Shown one piece after another: positions 37,314 to 50,299 of a stretch of 58,496 nt of DNA (position 1 is the first letter of the stretch; the number at the start of each line of letters is the position of its first letter). Origin of the DNA: Spirogloea muscicola (taxonomy: Eukaryota); assembly GCA_009602725.1 (NCBI GenBank), contig WELB01000009.1, positions 218,374 through 276,869 of the forward strand, written 5' to 3'. A program made the position numbers and the translations under genes. The notes below the pieces were generated by a model, which saw only the letters and a program-made list of their open reading frames with translations, was not told the DNA's origin and did no database searches.

Positions 37314-39080
37314 TGTGAAATGTTCCGTCCGAGTGGGAGTGCCGACGGTGCCGTTGACCTCACTTAATGTATAGTAGCTACCATTTGGAAGTCCAAATCT
37401 GTACTGGTAGCTTTGCTCCACTCTCTGCGTAGCTAAGTACGGCCCGAGGCCCCCGCTTCGTACCGCGCTTGTACCGCCCAGGAGGGCCCGCTTCGTGTCT
37501 CCTTTGTACCGCCGAGGAGGCGCAGCTTCGTGTCTCCTTAGTACCGCCCAGGAAACGGCGCATTGTGTCACTCACCGATATGTATCCCCATTCGTCAGGC
37601 CCGCCCCTCCAGGGGTGGACCTTGGGCTAATCTCGTCACACCTTCTGGCGAGGGGGTGCCAATGAATAGTTATAGTAGTAGGCCGAAACCAGACTCAGCA
37701 ATTGGACCCCTTACGCCAAGAGACACACGCCTGCTGCTGCCTACTGCTGCAGCCGCCGCCACAGCGCAGCTGCTGCCGCCTGCTGCTCAGCCCGTCGCTG
37801 CAGCTCGTCGCTGCGGCCTCGCCGGCTCTCTGTGATTACTATGGCTGTGTCCCATGTGGGAACAGCTACTAAGCCACTGACCCAATAAAGTCACTGCCTT
37901 CTGGAAGTGCCTAAGGGTAAGATTTCCGCTGCGCTGTGTGCACGACGAGTATGCGCTGTGTTACATCCCTGTCCCTTACACACATATAGGGTCAGAATGT
38001 CCTGGTTTGGGTTCAAGCACAGGGTGTTTAGGATACAACCCTCATACAGGAGAACACCAACGCACACACGCGCATAGAGCGCAGCGGAAGTCTTACCCTG
38101 AGGCACCGCCCTAGGGCGGTGACTCTACCCATAGACTTACAGAGAGCCGGCGGGGTCCACAGAGACGAGCTACGGCGACGGGCTGGGCAGCAAACGGCAG
38201 CAGCCGAGCTACAGCATCCCTGTCCAGAGAGCCGGCGGCGGGGCCTGCAGCGACGAGCTGCGGCGACGGGCTGGGCAGTAGGCGGCAGCAGCAGAGCTGT
38301 GGCGGCGGTGGCGGCAGCGGGCACCAGCGGGGCTGGCTAGGCAGCAGCGGGGCTGGCTAGGCAGCAGCAGGGCTGTGTCTCTCTCGGCGTTCGTCGAATT
38401 GAGAAGTCCGGCTAAGGCCCACTACTTATAGCGTTTCCCCTGCCAACCTCCCCCGAGAGTGTGACGAGGGTCACCCCCAAGGCCCTCCCCCGGAGGGGCA
38501 GGCCGGACGAAGGGGACACGGAGAGCGGCGCCTTGGGCGGCTCCAAGGGGTCGCGAAGCGGCGCGCGAACGCGGCGCCATCGGATGGCGGGAAGCGTCGC
38601 CATGGCAAAACCAATGAGGTACGACGGGATGCCTTGTGCGGCATCAAGGGGGCGAGACGGGGCGCCTCGGGCGGCGCTACGCGGCGCCTCGGGCGGCTCC
38701 GAGGAAGCGCGAAGCCGCGCGTCGGGCGGCGCGTCGCGGCTCCTCGGGCGGAGCACGTGCGGTACGGGACCGGGGACTCGGGCCGCGGCGGCGGGGGCGG
38801 AGCACGTGCGGTACGGAATCGGGGCCTCGGCCGCGGCGCCGAGGGCGGAGCATGCCCTTCGGAACTGGGGCCTCGGGCCGCGGCGCCGAGGGCAGAGCCG
38901 GTACCGTTTGGGGTGTCCAAACGCTGCAGATACAATACGATCATGGAAGGTTACCGGCACCGTTGGCACTCCCAAACGGAGGGAACGTTACACGCTGTGT
39001 CCGCTGGCATGCTCCCTGTAGGACGGTTGTCCAGAGACCTTCTACTTTCGAGTTACAAGCAGGATGTGTGTGATGGAGAC
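37314..39080 (+). mobile_element. Older LTR family B copy interrupted by a younger family B solo LTR
   Basis: Starts tgtgaaatgttccgtccg..gagtgccgacggtgccg (compare 51486). Homology to the family B 3' region resumes after 38993. Confidence 0.7.
37959..38992 (-). mobile_element. Solo LTR (family B, ~1034 bp) with 5-bp TSD CGCTG
   Basis: tgttaca...cgttaca termini, with cgctg at 37954-37958 and 38993-38997. Internal ~47-bp tandem repeats at ~38745-38900. Confidence 0.9.
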
Positions 39081-39246
39081 TATCCTTCGAAACGAAATAT
39101 TTGAGGTAGTATACAATTTGTTTAGTCTTTCTTTCTATGTAACGAATGCTGTGGAGCGCCAAGCCCGGGCTGCTGGCAGAGTGAGGAAAAGCGGGGAGGC
39201 ATTGGTATGGCGTTGCAACGGAAAGATGAGCAATAGTTACTGCAGG

Positions 39247-39790
39247 TGTAAGGAAACTCGCCCCAAGCACGCAGTTAGAGAGAGCTATCCTCATTGAGTT
39301 CGAACGTAGTGAATTTAGGAGCCAACCAACTACACGTGAAAGCACTAGCGCGTCGTGCAGCGGAAGACAGGCCCTGTGGTGCCGCCGTCCGGCGGCGACT
39401 CCACCTCCTGGGCGCAGGCCGGCGCAGCAGGCCCTGCAGCGGAGTGCGGCGGCGGCTGCGGCAGCCAGAAGCGGCAAGGCTACTCCTGGGCTTCACGGGC
39501 TTCGAATTGCTTGTAGAGCCTCAGCCCCCGAGGCTCCTTGTGCTTCCATGTGCCACTCCCCCTCCAGGTAAGTGTGAGCGGGTCGCCCCAAGGCCTGCCT
39601 TGCGGCGGGCCCAAGATACTCCGTTTGAACGGGCGAATCATCGAGGGGTATTTGAATGGCGGGACCCACCTCCGGGCGGGCCCTTGCGCGCCAAGCCAGC
39701 CCGCCACCTGGCGGGCCGACTTGTCCCAACGAGTCCGTCATATAATGCCTACAGAGCCATGTGGCTTAACCAAACGGCTGGTTCATTCCA
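39247..39790 (-). mobile_element. Solo LTR (family A, 544 bp) with 5-bp TSD GCAGG
   Basis: Homologous to 35902-36443 in reverse orientation, with gcagg at 39242-39246 and 39791-39795. Confidence 0.9.
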
Positions 39791-39980
39791 GCAGGGGCAA
39801 GGGTCCCGGGGTCCGACGTTGTATGAGAAGTCACCCCCTTTTCCTTCGCGAATCCCCCCTTATCTAGCCCGACGGACCGCGAGCCCGGCCATACGGGATA
39901 CTTGGCACCCAGTTTCTCATTGACGAGCCATCCACGACATGTTGACGGCTATGAAGGGGCTACCACCGACAATTTACCCA

Positions 39981-40965
39981 TGTCGTGCCTGCCCGTATAG
40001 CGCCCTATCCGCGTCGAAGTGCCACACCTGAAGCTCCGCCTACAGGCCAGGACTCTGCTTGGCTAGCAGCAGCCTGCCCTGCATGCATGGCCTCACTACC
40101 AAGTAAGCAGACATTCAAAGATGTCAATTTTCAAAAACACGCAGCGGCGCTGCGGCGCTTCGGTTGTACAAATGCCGTGACACAACACGGCGTCTAGCAC
40201 GGGCGGGATCGACCCACCTGGAGCCACCCAGGCTCTTGGGCCGGACCGAACCATCCATAGCCATCTGGCAGAGCCAGGTCGCGTAAGGACGATGACGGGA
40301 CGAGTGCCAGAACGGCACGGGGCGTTTAAATCATTTCTATTTATGTCACCGTTGACAGCGCTGATAACGCTCACAAACGGTGGGAACGTCACATACCCTC
40401 CCCAATTAGCTTTTTCACGTCCTCGGGAACAGGAAAACGAATCGAAAGAGAGTTCATCTAACTGCTGCGGCCTCTACATAGCGGAGGGGAGTGACCACCC
40501 TTTGCAAAGTAGTCCCGCAGAGCAGCCGGGCAATGGGCAAAATCGGCGGGTAGGCTCCCACGTAATGTGCTCGGCCCATAGTTGAGCCACTTCACAGAAT
40601 ACTCATGGGTCCTGTCACCCACGGAGACTGTCCCAATTACACAATATTGCCTTCACCTCGTACTCAAGCACATCCGCAAGCAAGAGTGGGGGCGATCAAA
40701 CGCGGCCATCCGGAAGGCCGTCCATAGCTGGAACACGTGGAACACATTGTGAGTCTAGTCTTCCACGGTACTGGTGTACGGAGCTCTTAGGACGCAGTGC
40801 TTACAAGGCGTACCACGGGGGGGAGGTCCAAACCACTCGGGTAGCAATTTGAGCATACGAACTGCCAGCAAGGACAGGTGCTTTGTTCCCGGCAGTACTC
40901 TAGCACCCACGTTGAAGGACACGTCCTTCCGATATTGGTCAGCATAAGCTCTCTGCCGTCTCTAG
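39981..40965 (-). mobile_element. Chromovirus 3' end: decayed integrase/chromodomain, PPT and LTR family D (39981-40393)
   Basis: Minus strand EYSVKWLNYG..ITWEP (~40550-40610), PPT gggagggta, LTR TGTGACGTTCCCACCG...CACGACA. Confidence 0.75.
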
Positions 40966-41048
40966 GCAACCACCAAAGAGTAGCCGTGCTTGTCGTTGGG
41001 CCTAAATGAGGATGCTAGTAAAGGTGACTGTGGCCGGAACACTTCCCG

Positions 41049-42830
41049 TGTAACACTCCCCCCGTTCGGGCGTGCCAAGGGTGCAAAAAACTTACATTAG
41101 CGTATTGCATTTACCGTGTTGAGTCCCAAACGGTGCGGGTAAGTTTGCTGCACTCCAGAGTATCTAAATAGGGTGCAGAGGGCCCCGGGTTTTGTACCGC
41201 ATGTGCAGGCGGCCTCGCCCGCCAGGTTGTCCGAGAAGCGCTGCTTCGCCCACGCGCAGCATATTCTGTGTTACGTCCCTGTCCCTAATCACACTCTTAT
41301 GGTCAGAACGTCCTGTTTGGGTTCCGGACATAGGGTGTTTTGGAGACAACCTCCTCTCAGAGTGAAACGCCAGCGCACACAGCACACACGTACGCGCACA
41401 TAGCGCAGCGGAATCTTACCCTGAGACACCGCAGGAAGGCGACTCGACCAAGAGTCAGCAGCTGTCCCCGCAAGGGGGGCAGCCATTGTACTTACAAAGA
41501 GCGGGCGGGGCTCGCAGTGACGAGCCGCGTTGACGAGCTGGGCAGCAGGCGGCAGCAGCACAGCTGTGACGGGCGGCTGCAGCAGCAGGCAGCGGCAGCA
41601 GAGCTGTGGCGGCGGCTGCGGCAGCAGGCAGCAGCAGAGCTGTACCTCTCTTGGCGTCACGGGTCCGACTGAGGAGTCTGGCCTCGGCCTACTACTGATA
41701 AGCTTTCCATCTGCCACCTCTCCCCCGAGGGTGTGACGAGGGTTGCCCCCAAGGTCCTCCCCTGGAGGGGAGGGCCTGACCAATGGGGACGCGAGTGACG
41801 GCCTTTGGGCGGTACAAGGAGACAAGAAGCGGCGCCCATTGGGCGGCACCAAGGAGGCGCGACGCGGCGCCTTGGGCGGCTCCAAGGAGGCACGAAGCGG
41901 CACCTCCTGGCGGCGCTAAGAGAGCGCCTCCTGGCCGGTGCACGTGCCGTACAAATGCCTGAGCCTCGGACAGTACTCAGCTACATACAGTGGAGCAAAG
42001 CTACCGGTGCCGTTTAGAACTTTCAAACGGTAGATACGATCATGTAAGATTACCATCACCGTTGGCACTACAAACGGAAGGAACATTACAGTCCGGAAGT
42101 TGTCGTACTCCTTCCAGCGGACGCTGCTTCGCTCGCGCGCGGCATCGTCCGGGACCTTGACTCCGTCCGCCAGGCGACGCTTCCTTTGCGCGCGTGAGCG
42201 TCTGGCGGATCCGTCGTGTTCCCGGGATTTCCCCTCCAGCCGCCAGGCGCCGCTTTGTTCGCGCGCAACAGCGTCCGGCAGATTTGTCGTGTAACCTGGA
42301 CTCTCACTCCAGCCTCCATGCGCTGCTTCCCCCGCGTGCGGCAGCAGTCCGGCATATTCGTCTATTCCCCTTGTCTGGCCCGCGCCCCTCCAGGGGAGTG
42401 CATTGGGGGCGACCCTCGTCACGGCCTTTGGGAAGGGTGGCAGGAGCGACGCTACAAGTCGTGGGGCTTGGCTGGGACCCCTCAGTCCGTCCAACGCCGA
42501 GAGACACACAGCTCTGCTGCTGCCTAGCCAGCCCCGCTGCTGCCTGCTGCCGCCGCCCGCCACCACACCTCTGCTGCTGCCGCCTGCTGCTCAGCCCGTC
42601 ACCGCAGCTCGTCGCTGCGGAGCCTGCCGGCTTTCTGTAAGTCTACTGGTACAGTCACCGCCCTAGGGCGGTGGCTCATGGTGAGACTTCCGCTGCGCTC
42701 TGTGCGCGTGTATGCGTTGGCGTTCTCCTGTATGAGATCTGTCTCCTAAACACCCGATGTTCGAAGCCAAACCAGGACATTGAAGCCTAACAGTGTGATT
42801 AGGGACAGGGATATTACGTTGGTATCGAGG
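41049..42830 (+). mobile_element. LTR family B copy followed by PBS-like tggtatc, interrupted by an inverted family B LTR
   Basis: Starts tgtaacactcccc and ends gtgtgattagggacagggatattacg (42818), followed by ttggtatcgag. Confidence 0.7.
41269..42090 (-). mobile_element. LTR family B copy (inverted, nested)
   Basis: tgttacgtccctgtccctaatcacac...ggaacattaca, homologous to 37959-38992. No exact TSD (ttctg vs gtccg). Confidence 0.8.
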
Positions 42831-42953
42831 AGTTCTTGCATCTTGGAAAACACGTAAATTTTTGTGTTTTACTGCTGACAGTGCAAGGATCCACCTGTAT
42901 TCTGGTCTGATGAGTGTCTCTCGAGTTAGACTTTTTCCAAGTGAACGTGTAGC

Positions 42954-45900
42954 TGTCATCAACGATGCGGCACGTGTGCCGACCTCTCACCATCGACATC
43001 CATGTGCGGGGCCTTCAATATGCCAAGTGGGTTTTCGTCCCAGCGGCAATCTCCGTTGCCAGGTCAGTACTTGCCTGCGTAAACGCACACAACGTATTCT
43101 CGCGCTCAGAGCGCTGCCAAGTCTCACCCTGAGGCACCGCCGGAAGGCGGCGACTCGACCGAGGGTCAGCAAGCTGTCCCCAGTCACAGTCTTACTCACA
43201 GAGAGCCGATGAATATCCGCAACGATGGGATGCGGCGACGGGCTGCAGCAGCAGGCAGCAGCAGGGCTGCGTCAGCGGGCTGCGGCAGCAGGCGGCAGCA
43301 GAGCTGCGCCTCTCTCTCGCGGGCTTTACTGATGTTGACCCGGTGACCCGACTTTGCTCTCAGCCCTACTTGTAGTGCTCACGTGACACCCTCCCCAGGG
43401 GTCTCTGGGAGATTCGTCTCAGGGCCCACCTTCGAGCAGGCGGGCCCGACAAGGGGAATCTAGCGAGGGCGGGCCATGCGGCTCCCCTCCGGAAGCGGCG
43501 GCCGTCGTGCGGAGTTGCCGAGTGGCGCCCTGCGGCGCCCGCCTTGCGGCGCCGCCAGTGGGTCACGGGTGTGGCGCGGCTTCACAGGCGCGCCACACGT
43601 GTCGCATACACGTCAGTGCGAGCACGGCGGTAGTGTCAAGAATATGGCGAGGAGCTTCTCTCTGGAAGTCCAGGATTCGCCGCCTCTGCTGGAGGCGGCG
43701 CGCCTGCGCGTCACATCGTCAGCAGGCGCGTCACACCACGCGACACCTCGAGCGGATCAGTCGCGCGTTAGACGCGCATCGCACGCGCGTCGCACGCGTC
43801 AGGCACGTGCGCGTCAGTGTTAACAAGGTAGCGCTTGACTCGGAGTTAAGCGTCTCAAAACGGCGGGAACGTTACATTTCTCCCCTCTTAAATGTTCACG
43901 TCCTCGGGAACAAGGACACGACACCACGGACCCGAAGAGGTTGATTTCGACGGGGGCGTGTGGTACTACGACGCAAAGGGGAATGCCCCTTGGCAAGATA
44001 CTCGCGGAGAACGGCGCGACAATGGGCAAGAATGGCTGCCGGTTCCCACGTATTGTGCTCAGATCCATAACCGAGCCACTTGACAAGATACTCTCGGGAC
44101 TTACGTCGCCCACGGACATTGTCGCAGTCAGACAATATCTCCTCCACCTGAAATCTTTCTCGTCCGCAACGACGAGGGGGAGGTGGGGGCGGTTGGACAC
44201 GACCATCCGAATGGAATGATTCGAGCTGGGACACGTGGAAGACTTTGTGAATTTCCAGTGTACCGGTGCATCCAGCTCATACGTGACCGGACCAATACGG
44301 CGCTCTACACGAAAGGGCCCAGCCCACTTTGGTAGCAATTTAGGCGTACCGACAGCACGCATGAAGAGGTAGGTGCTCTGTGCTCAGTAGCACTTGAGCA
44401 CCCACGTCGAAGAATACATCTCGACGATGTCGATCAGCATACTCCTTCTGCCGTTGCTGGGCAATCTCCAAGCATTGCTTAGCCCTCCGCTGAGCTTCCA
44501 GGAGGTGACCGGTAAAGGGTGATGCGGCCGGCACGCGTTCTGGCCTCCCCACCTGTAAAGGTGCCCAGGGATGCTGACCGTAGTTAAGCAAGAAAGGGGT
44601 GTTCTTGGTGAACTCATGAGAGGCATTGTTCACAGCATATTCCGCTGGAGCAAGATAATTATCCCAGTCAGTCTGGCCGGGGTTTACGAAGTGCCGTTAC
44701 AAGTCTATCCAAAACCCGATTCATCCTTTCTGTCTGACCATCGGTTTGGGAGTGAAATGCCGTGGATAAGGATTGCTTAGTGTCAATAAGCCTGCACACT
44801 TCACGCCAGAAGTCACCCGTGAAGCGGAGGTCGCGATCAGGTACAATCCGCTCGGGCACTCCGTGCAGTTTCCATACACGGTCCACGAAGATACCAGCAA
44901 CTTCCTGAGCGGACCCTATGGTGGTCGTAGACGCAAAATGCACCAATTTACTCAGAAGATCCACAAACACGACGATGGCATCATAGCCTGTTCGCGTCTT
45001 AGGAAGTTGGGTGATGAAATCGACACCGACATCAGACCAGTTCCGCGGAGACATCTACAAAGGTTGGAGCAACCCGGCAGGCTTGTGAAAGCGTGCCTTG
45101 CTACGCTGGCAGGTGGCGCAGGTCTTCACAAAAGGCTGTACTTGGGCTTTCAAGGCGGGCCACCAAAAGAGAAGCTGAATAGCTTTCTTCGATTTCCTCA
45201 TACCCAAATGACCACTATAGGGTGGCTCATGCATTCCTTGCATGATAGTACTTCGTAGGGCATTGCAGTCAAGAACTACAATGGCGTCTCCTTGCCACTA
45301 AAATCTTGGTTAGACACAAGTGTGCGTGTATAGATTGCGTCCGCAAACCACGGGTCGGTGCTATACCCGTCACGAATACGCACGCACATACAGCTCAGAG
45401 AGGTTGGCGATGGACTGCCGAGTAGCTCCACGAGTAGGCCCGCACGTCTGTGGTCTGAACGCCTGTAGCGTGCAAGACAGCCGCCACATCAGCCCTACAA
45501 TGTCACGGCTCACCGCGTCCGCAACATTCATTTTTTCAGGGCGGTACACCCACTCGAAAGCGACTTTGGCCAACAACCCCACCTTGTTTGACGCCTGCTA
45601 AAATGCTGTTGTGTCTGAAAGTAGGTCAACGGGCAATGGCCCGCTACGACTGTAAAGTCAACAACCTCGAGATAGCATCACCACACACAGGCGTGCACAA
45701 CAGCAAGGAGCTTTTGCTCCCCCGTAGTATAGTTGCGCTCTGCCGGACGAAGCAGGCAACTCTCGAATGCTACGGGGTGACCCTCCTGCAAGAGAACGGC
45801 ACCAATGTCGATCAATGAGGCGTCACAGATTACTTCATATGGCACGCCTTCTCGAGGCAAAGGCCAAAACGGGTGGATTTACCGGGACCCGTTATACATC

Positions 45901-47104
45901 CTCATATGCCTTCTGGCACTCGGACGTCCACCCCCAGGACACGTCCTTACGAGTGAGCTTCGTAAGAGAAGATGCCATACTTCCGAATCCTTGCAGGAAC
46001 TTGTGGAAGTAATTCGCGAACCCCAAGAAGGAACGCAACTGTGGCACATTATTTGGCACCGGCCAGTCCTTTTTTACTGCAGTCTTCTTTACTACAGTCT
46101 TCTTGGGGTCAGCGCGAACACCGTCCTTGCCCACCACATGCCCTAAGTATGTCAGCTCGGGCTGGTTGAAGACGCACTTGGATTTCTTGGCATACAACTT
46201 GCTTTCACGGAGCAACTGCAGCACTTGTCGCAGGTGCCTTACGTGATCTTCCAGCGTATTGCTCAACACCAAGATGTCATCCAAGTAGACCAGTACGAAG
46301 TTGTACTGTAGGGGGCCAAAGACTTTCGTCATAACCGCCTGAAATGCGGCAGGTGCATTGGTCAAGCCAAAACTAAGAACCTTGAATTGGAAGTGACCGG
46401 TTGGCGTACGGAACGCCAACTTCGGTACATCCTCAGGTGTAATACGAATCTGGTGATAGCCGCTTTGCAAGTCAAGAGAGCTGAACACATTAACTCCTGC
46501 GAGACGATCGAATAGATCATCAATTCGCGGCAACGGGTACCGGTTCTTGACGGTGAGCTTGGATAGAGCGTCGATAATCGATGCACATCCGAAGACTACC
46601 ATCCTTTTTCTTGACGAAGAGAATTGGTGCACCGTACGGCGACTGGGAAGGCTCGATATGCCCTTTCCTTAGCAAATCCTCCACTTGATATTGCATCTCG
46701 TGAAGTTCGAGAGGACTCAGTCGATACATGGGACGGTACGGCGGTGCAGCGCCGGGTTCCAATGGAATTGTATGAGCCACGCCTCGATGAGGAGGCAGAC
46801 CGTCTGGAAGAACATCAGGGAACACATTCCTAGAATTCTGCCAACAACTTGTCAAGAGCTGGACCATGTGACGCCACATCACTCACTACTCTTGAGTCAG
46901 GGGAAGACTCAACATTCATTACCACCACCAGGTACACAGGCGCCTGCGCGTCACATCGTCAGCAGGCGCGTCACACCGCGCAACACCTCGCGCAGGTCGC
47001 TTGCGCGTCGCCCGCGCATCGCATGTGTCAGGCACGTGCGCGTCAGTGATGACACGTTAGCGCTTAACTCGGAGTAAAGCGTCCCGTAACGGCGGGGACG
47101 TCAC
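42954..47104 (-). mobile_element. Defective Ty3/Gypsy chromovirus: truncated 5' LTR, RT, RNase H, integrase, chromodomain, PPT, 3' LTR
   Basis: [62 protein letters not shown]. RNase H: VICDAS. Integrase: HEPPYSGHLG..CATCQ, VDFITQLP, PERIVPDRD, DGQTERMN, KWAGPF. Chromo: EYLVKWLGYGSEHNTWEP. PPT at 43877-43889. LTR start shared by 43705-43876 and 46940-47104. Several frameshifts; outer end of the 3' LTR is approximate. Confidence 0.93.
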
Positions 47105-49440
47105 AGTGTGAGTACACTTACTGATGTCGAATAGTACCATACTACCAGCTCAGCAAGCTTGACGCCTGCTCTCTGCTGCTTTCCGCGAAAACCGGTCGAC
47201 TGGCTATGGCCCGTTACAAGCGTAATCTCAGCACCCTGGAGATGGCATCGCCATACACGGAGGGCGTGCACAACAGCAAGGAGCTCTTGCTCTCCCCGTA
47301 GTTGAGATGCGCCCGGCAGGACTGAGCAGGCGAGTCTCACATGATATGGAGTGACCCTCTGCAAGAGAACGGCACATGCCGATCAAAGGGGCGTCACACA
47401 AAATACGACTACAATGGAGCGCCTTCTCGAGGCGAGGCCCAAAACAGGTGAGGAAATTAGAACCCCTTTTGCATTTCCTCAAATGCCCGCGGGCATTTGG
47501 ACGTCCACCCCACGGTACGTCCTTACGAGTGAGCTTCGTAAGAGGAGATGTCATACTTCAGTGTCCCTGCAGGAACCCTGACAGGAACGGGTGTACTGTG
47601 CGAATTTCCCAAACGAATGCAACTGCGGCACATTCTGTGTCACTTAGCGAGTCCTTTACGTCAGTCTCTGCAGACGGATGCAGCATGATTGACTACTACT
47701 TTGGGGCCGACCCGAATCCCGTTATGGCCCACAAGACGCCCTACTACTGGTGACATACACTTGGCATATAAGTGATTTTCACGTCGCAAAGGCAGCACTA
47801 GCTGCAGGTGCAGTACGTGATCCTCGGGTGTCATACGAACACCGGTATGTCATCCAAGCATACCAGCACAGATTCATACTATGGGGCCAAAGACTCCCAC
47901 TGTCACAGCCTGACACGAAGCTGGAAGTGCGCGAGCGGCGCAGAACAAGCCAACTCGGACCTGTCCCAGGCGTGATACAAAGGTGGTGACAAGCTCTCAC
48001 AAATCGAGGAAGCAAGGCATGCTTGCTTCTCTAAGACGATCACACTGATCATCAATGCCCGGCAAAGGGCATTGGCTCTTGACAGTGAGCTTGTTTAGAG
48101 CTCGATGCTGGATGCACATTCAATGACTACCACAGTGCGTTACAAGGTAGCGGATAGGTGCACCATACGGCGACTGAGGAGGCTCACTATGCCCGTACTT
48201 TAGCAATTCCGCCAATTGGGATCGCTTCTCTCAACACTCGAGAGTACTCAGTCGATACAGAGGGCAGAACGGCGGCAGAGCGTCGGACGTCATTAAGCCA
48301 CGTCGGATGAGGGGGCACCTGTTTGGAAAAATCGTAGAGTACAGCCGACTATTCGATGACTGATTGCCAAGAGCCGCACCAGATGAGGCAATCACTCGTA
48401 CTACAGAGTCAGGGGGAGACTACTTACTCATTATCAGAATCAAATACACAGCCGAAGCTGGCTGCGTGTGAAGGACATCTTCAACAGTAGCTGTTGGTCG
48501 CAGAGTGCTAAGATGCTGTTGAAAAGCATCCATTACAAGTCAACCCTTTGACTTTGACAGTCAAAGGCGAGACAAGCACTCACCCAGGCTGTTCTGATGC
48601 AGTAGCCAGCTGCAGGCATCTGATGCCGGCAGCTTTCCAGCTATGAGTGCACAGGAATACTCAGCACTTAGCTGGACCAATGGTCCAATCGTCGCAACTA
48701 AGCAACAGGGCCAACGTTACGGCCCACTCGGGCAGGACACCGAGACCCCACATGGTCTCGTCCATGGCCGCCAAGTGTGGCACGACACGTGGTCATCACT
48801 AGGGGTATACTGGCGAAAATTGACCAATCAGTAGCTGCAGAGGGCGTTGACAACATCTGCCAAGCCAGGCTCTGCAAGCTTACTCAGCCCACAGCTGTGA
48901 CATCACATCTTTAACAGCTGCAGAGAGCCAAAGACTTCCAGCACTTAGTGGAAAACAACATACTGTCAGCATTTGGAGTGTGCACTCAGCACACACCAGG
49001 GTGAGAGTGCACCAGCCGCCATTACCAGAGGTTACGGCAAGGCGAGTGCCAAAGCCGGAATCACCCATGCTGATGCAGCACCCAGTACCAATGTCACCAC
49101 GAAGTCCACGACGTCCGTGGGCAGAAAGCCGTACGTTAGGCCAGCTTTGAACGCGTTGTACCACACCAGGACCCATATCTCACACGATAAACACATGGGT
49201 ACTGGCCAGCTCGTATTGCACAGCATCGCAGCTGATAGCTGATATGCAGGCCATGCTGGGCGGTGAGTGGCACACGGACACTTGTTGCCTAGATACTTTG
49301 CCAAGTGAATGGCATTCTGACACATGGTCAATTAGCTTGGAAGAACTTCCCAATATCATGGGGATCTTGAAATCCCCAGGGGTGGAATCCTTCACTGGAG
49401 CCTGCCACTAGGTAGGGTCCAACACAGAGAGGTGGTCACA
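47105..49440 (-). mobile_element. Older, heavily decayed Gypsy pol (RNase H/RT/protease region) remnant
   Basis: GEQELLAVVHALRVWRCHLQG and SPLTKLTRKDVPW, co-linear with 45650-46900. Confidence 0.75.
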
Positions 49441-49499
49441 ATCCCCACGCTGAGCCCACGCCCTGCGGGCCGGCCGGGTGGGCCAGCTCGCCTGGACTC

Positions 49500-50093
49500 A
49501 TGGGCTCATCGCCACAGTACCTTGGCCCCGTGAGCCAGGCTCTTGGCCTGATGCGCACTCTCTTGGCGCCAGTCCTTTGCGCTGTGCGCCAGTGTCTCTT
49601 GGGTTCGTCGTATCCCCTTGTCAGGCCCGCCCCTTCGGGTGAGGACCTTGAGGGAGACCCTCGTCACACCCTCAGGGGAGGGTTGGCGGATGGAACGCTT
49701 ATCTGTAATAGGCCGAGGCCAGACTCGTAAGTCGGACCCGTGACACCAAGAGACACACAGCCCTGCTGCTGCCTGCTGCCGCAGCCGCCGCCACAGCTTT
49801 GCTGCTGCCGCTTGCTGCCCAGCCCGTTGCCGCAGCTCGTCGCTGCGGGCCTCGCCGGCTCTCTGTAAGTACAATGGCTGCGCCCCTCGCGCTGTCGCTG
49901 GCCCGTACCTGAGAGGTGAGCTGCTGCCTGTTGGCAGCGCCTCAGGGCAAGACTTCCGCTGTCTATGACACGTGGTGCTTTCACTGTGCTGGGGGTGGTC
50001 TCTAGACCTCAATGACCGAACCCAATAAGGACGTCCTAACCCCTAACTGTCTGTATAGGGCTCAAAACGTTTTAGTACCACCCTGGACGTGAC
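49500..50093 (+). mobile_element. Partial LTR family B copy
   Basis: Shares ccttgtcaggcccgcccc, ctcgtcacaccctc and the ctgctgc tract with other family B copies. Ends ...gacgtgaca. Confidence 0.7.
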
Positions 50094-50299
50094 AATGCTG
50101 CGGACCCGGTGGCTGGTTGTAGGGCTGCTGTGGCGCCTGCCTTGTGAGCCACAAGGGCTCTGACCGCAAACGTGCGGCCTGCCCGTGGGGGTCGCTCGGC
50201 GAAGGACGACCAAACTCTCTGAGCTGTTTGTGCGTCGTCGTGTTGGGTAGGGCACAGACCCTTGGTTTGCACGAGCAACCAAACCACGCACTGTAGTAT

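Noticed and set aside
38745..38900. CRISPR-like spaced repeats
   Set aside because: Contiguous tandem units inside an LTR with no unique spacers, no cas genes and a eukaryotic context.
38412..39104. Several 150-190 aa ORFs
   Set aside because: They lie within GC-rich LTR sequence with tandem repeats and have no protein motifs.
36567..40121. ~140-bp inverted arms that look like TIRs of a 3.5-kb DNA transposon
   Set aside because: The similarity ends exactly at an LTR terminus (cacgaCA), so these are better explained as two oppositely oriented LTR D ends. No transposase or TSD was seen.
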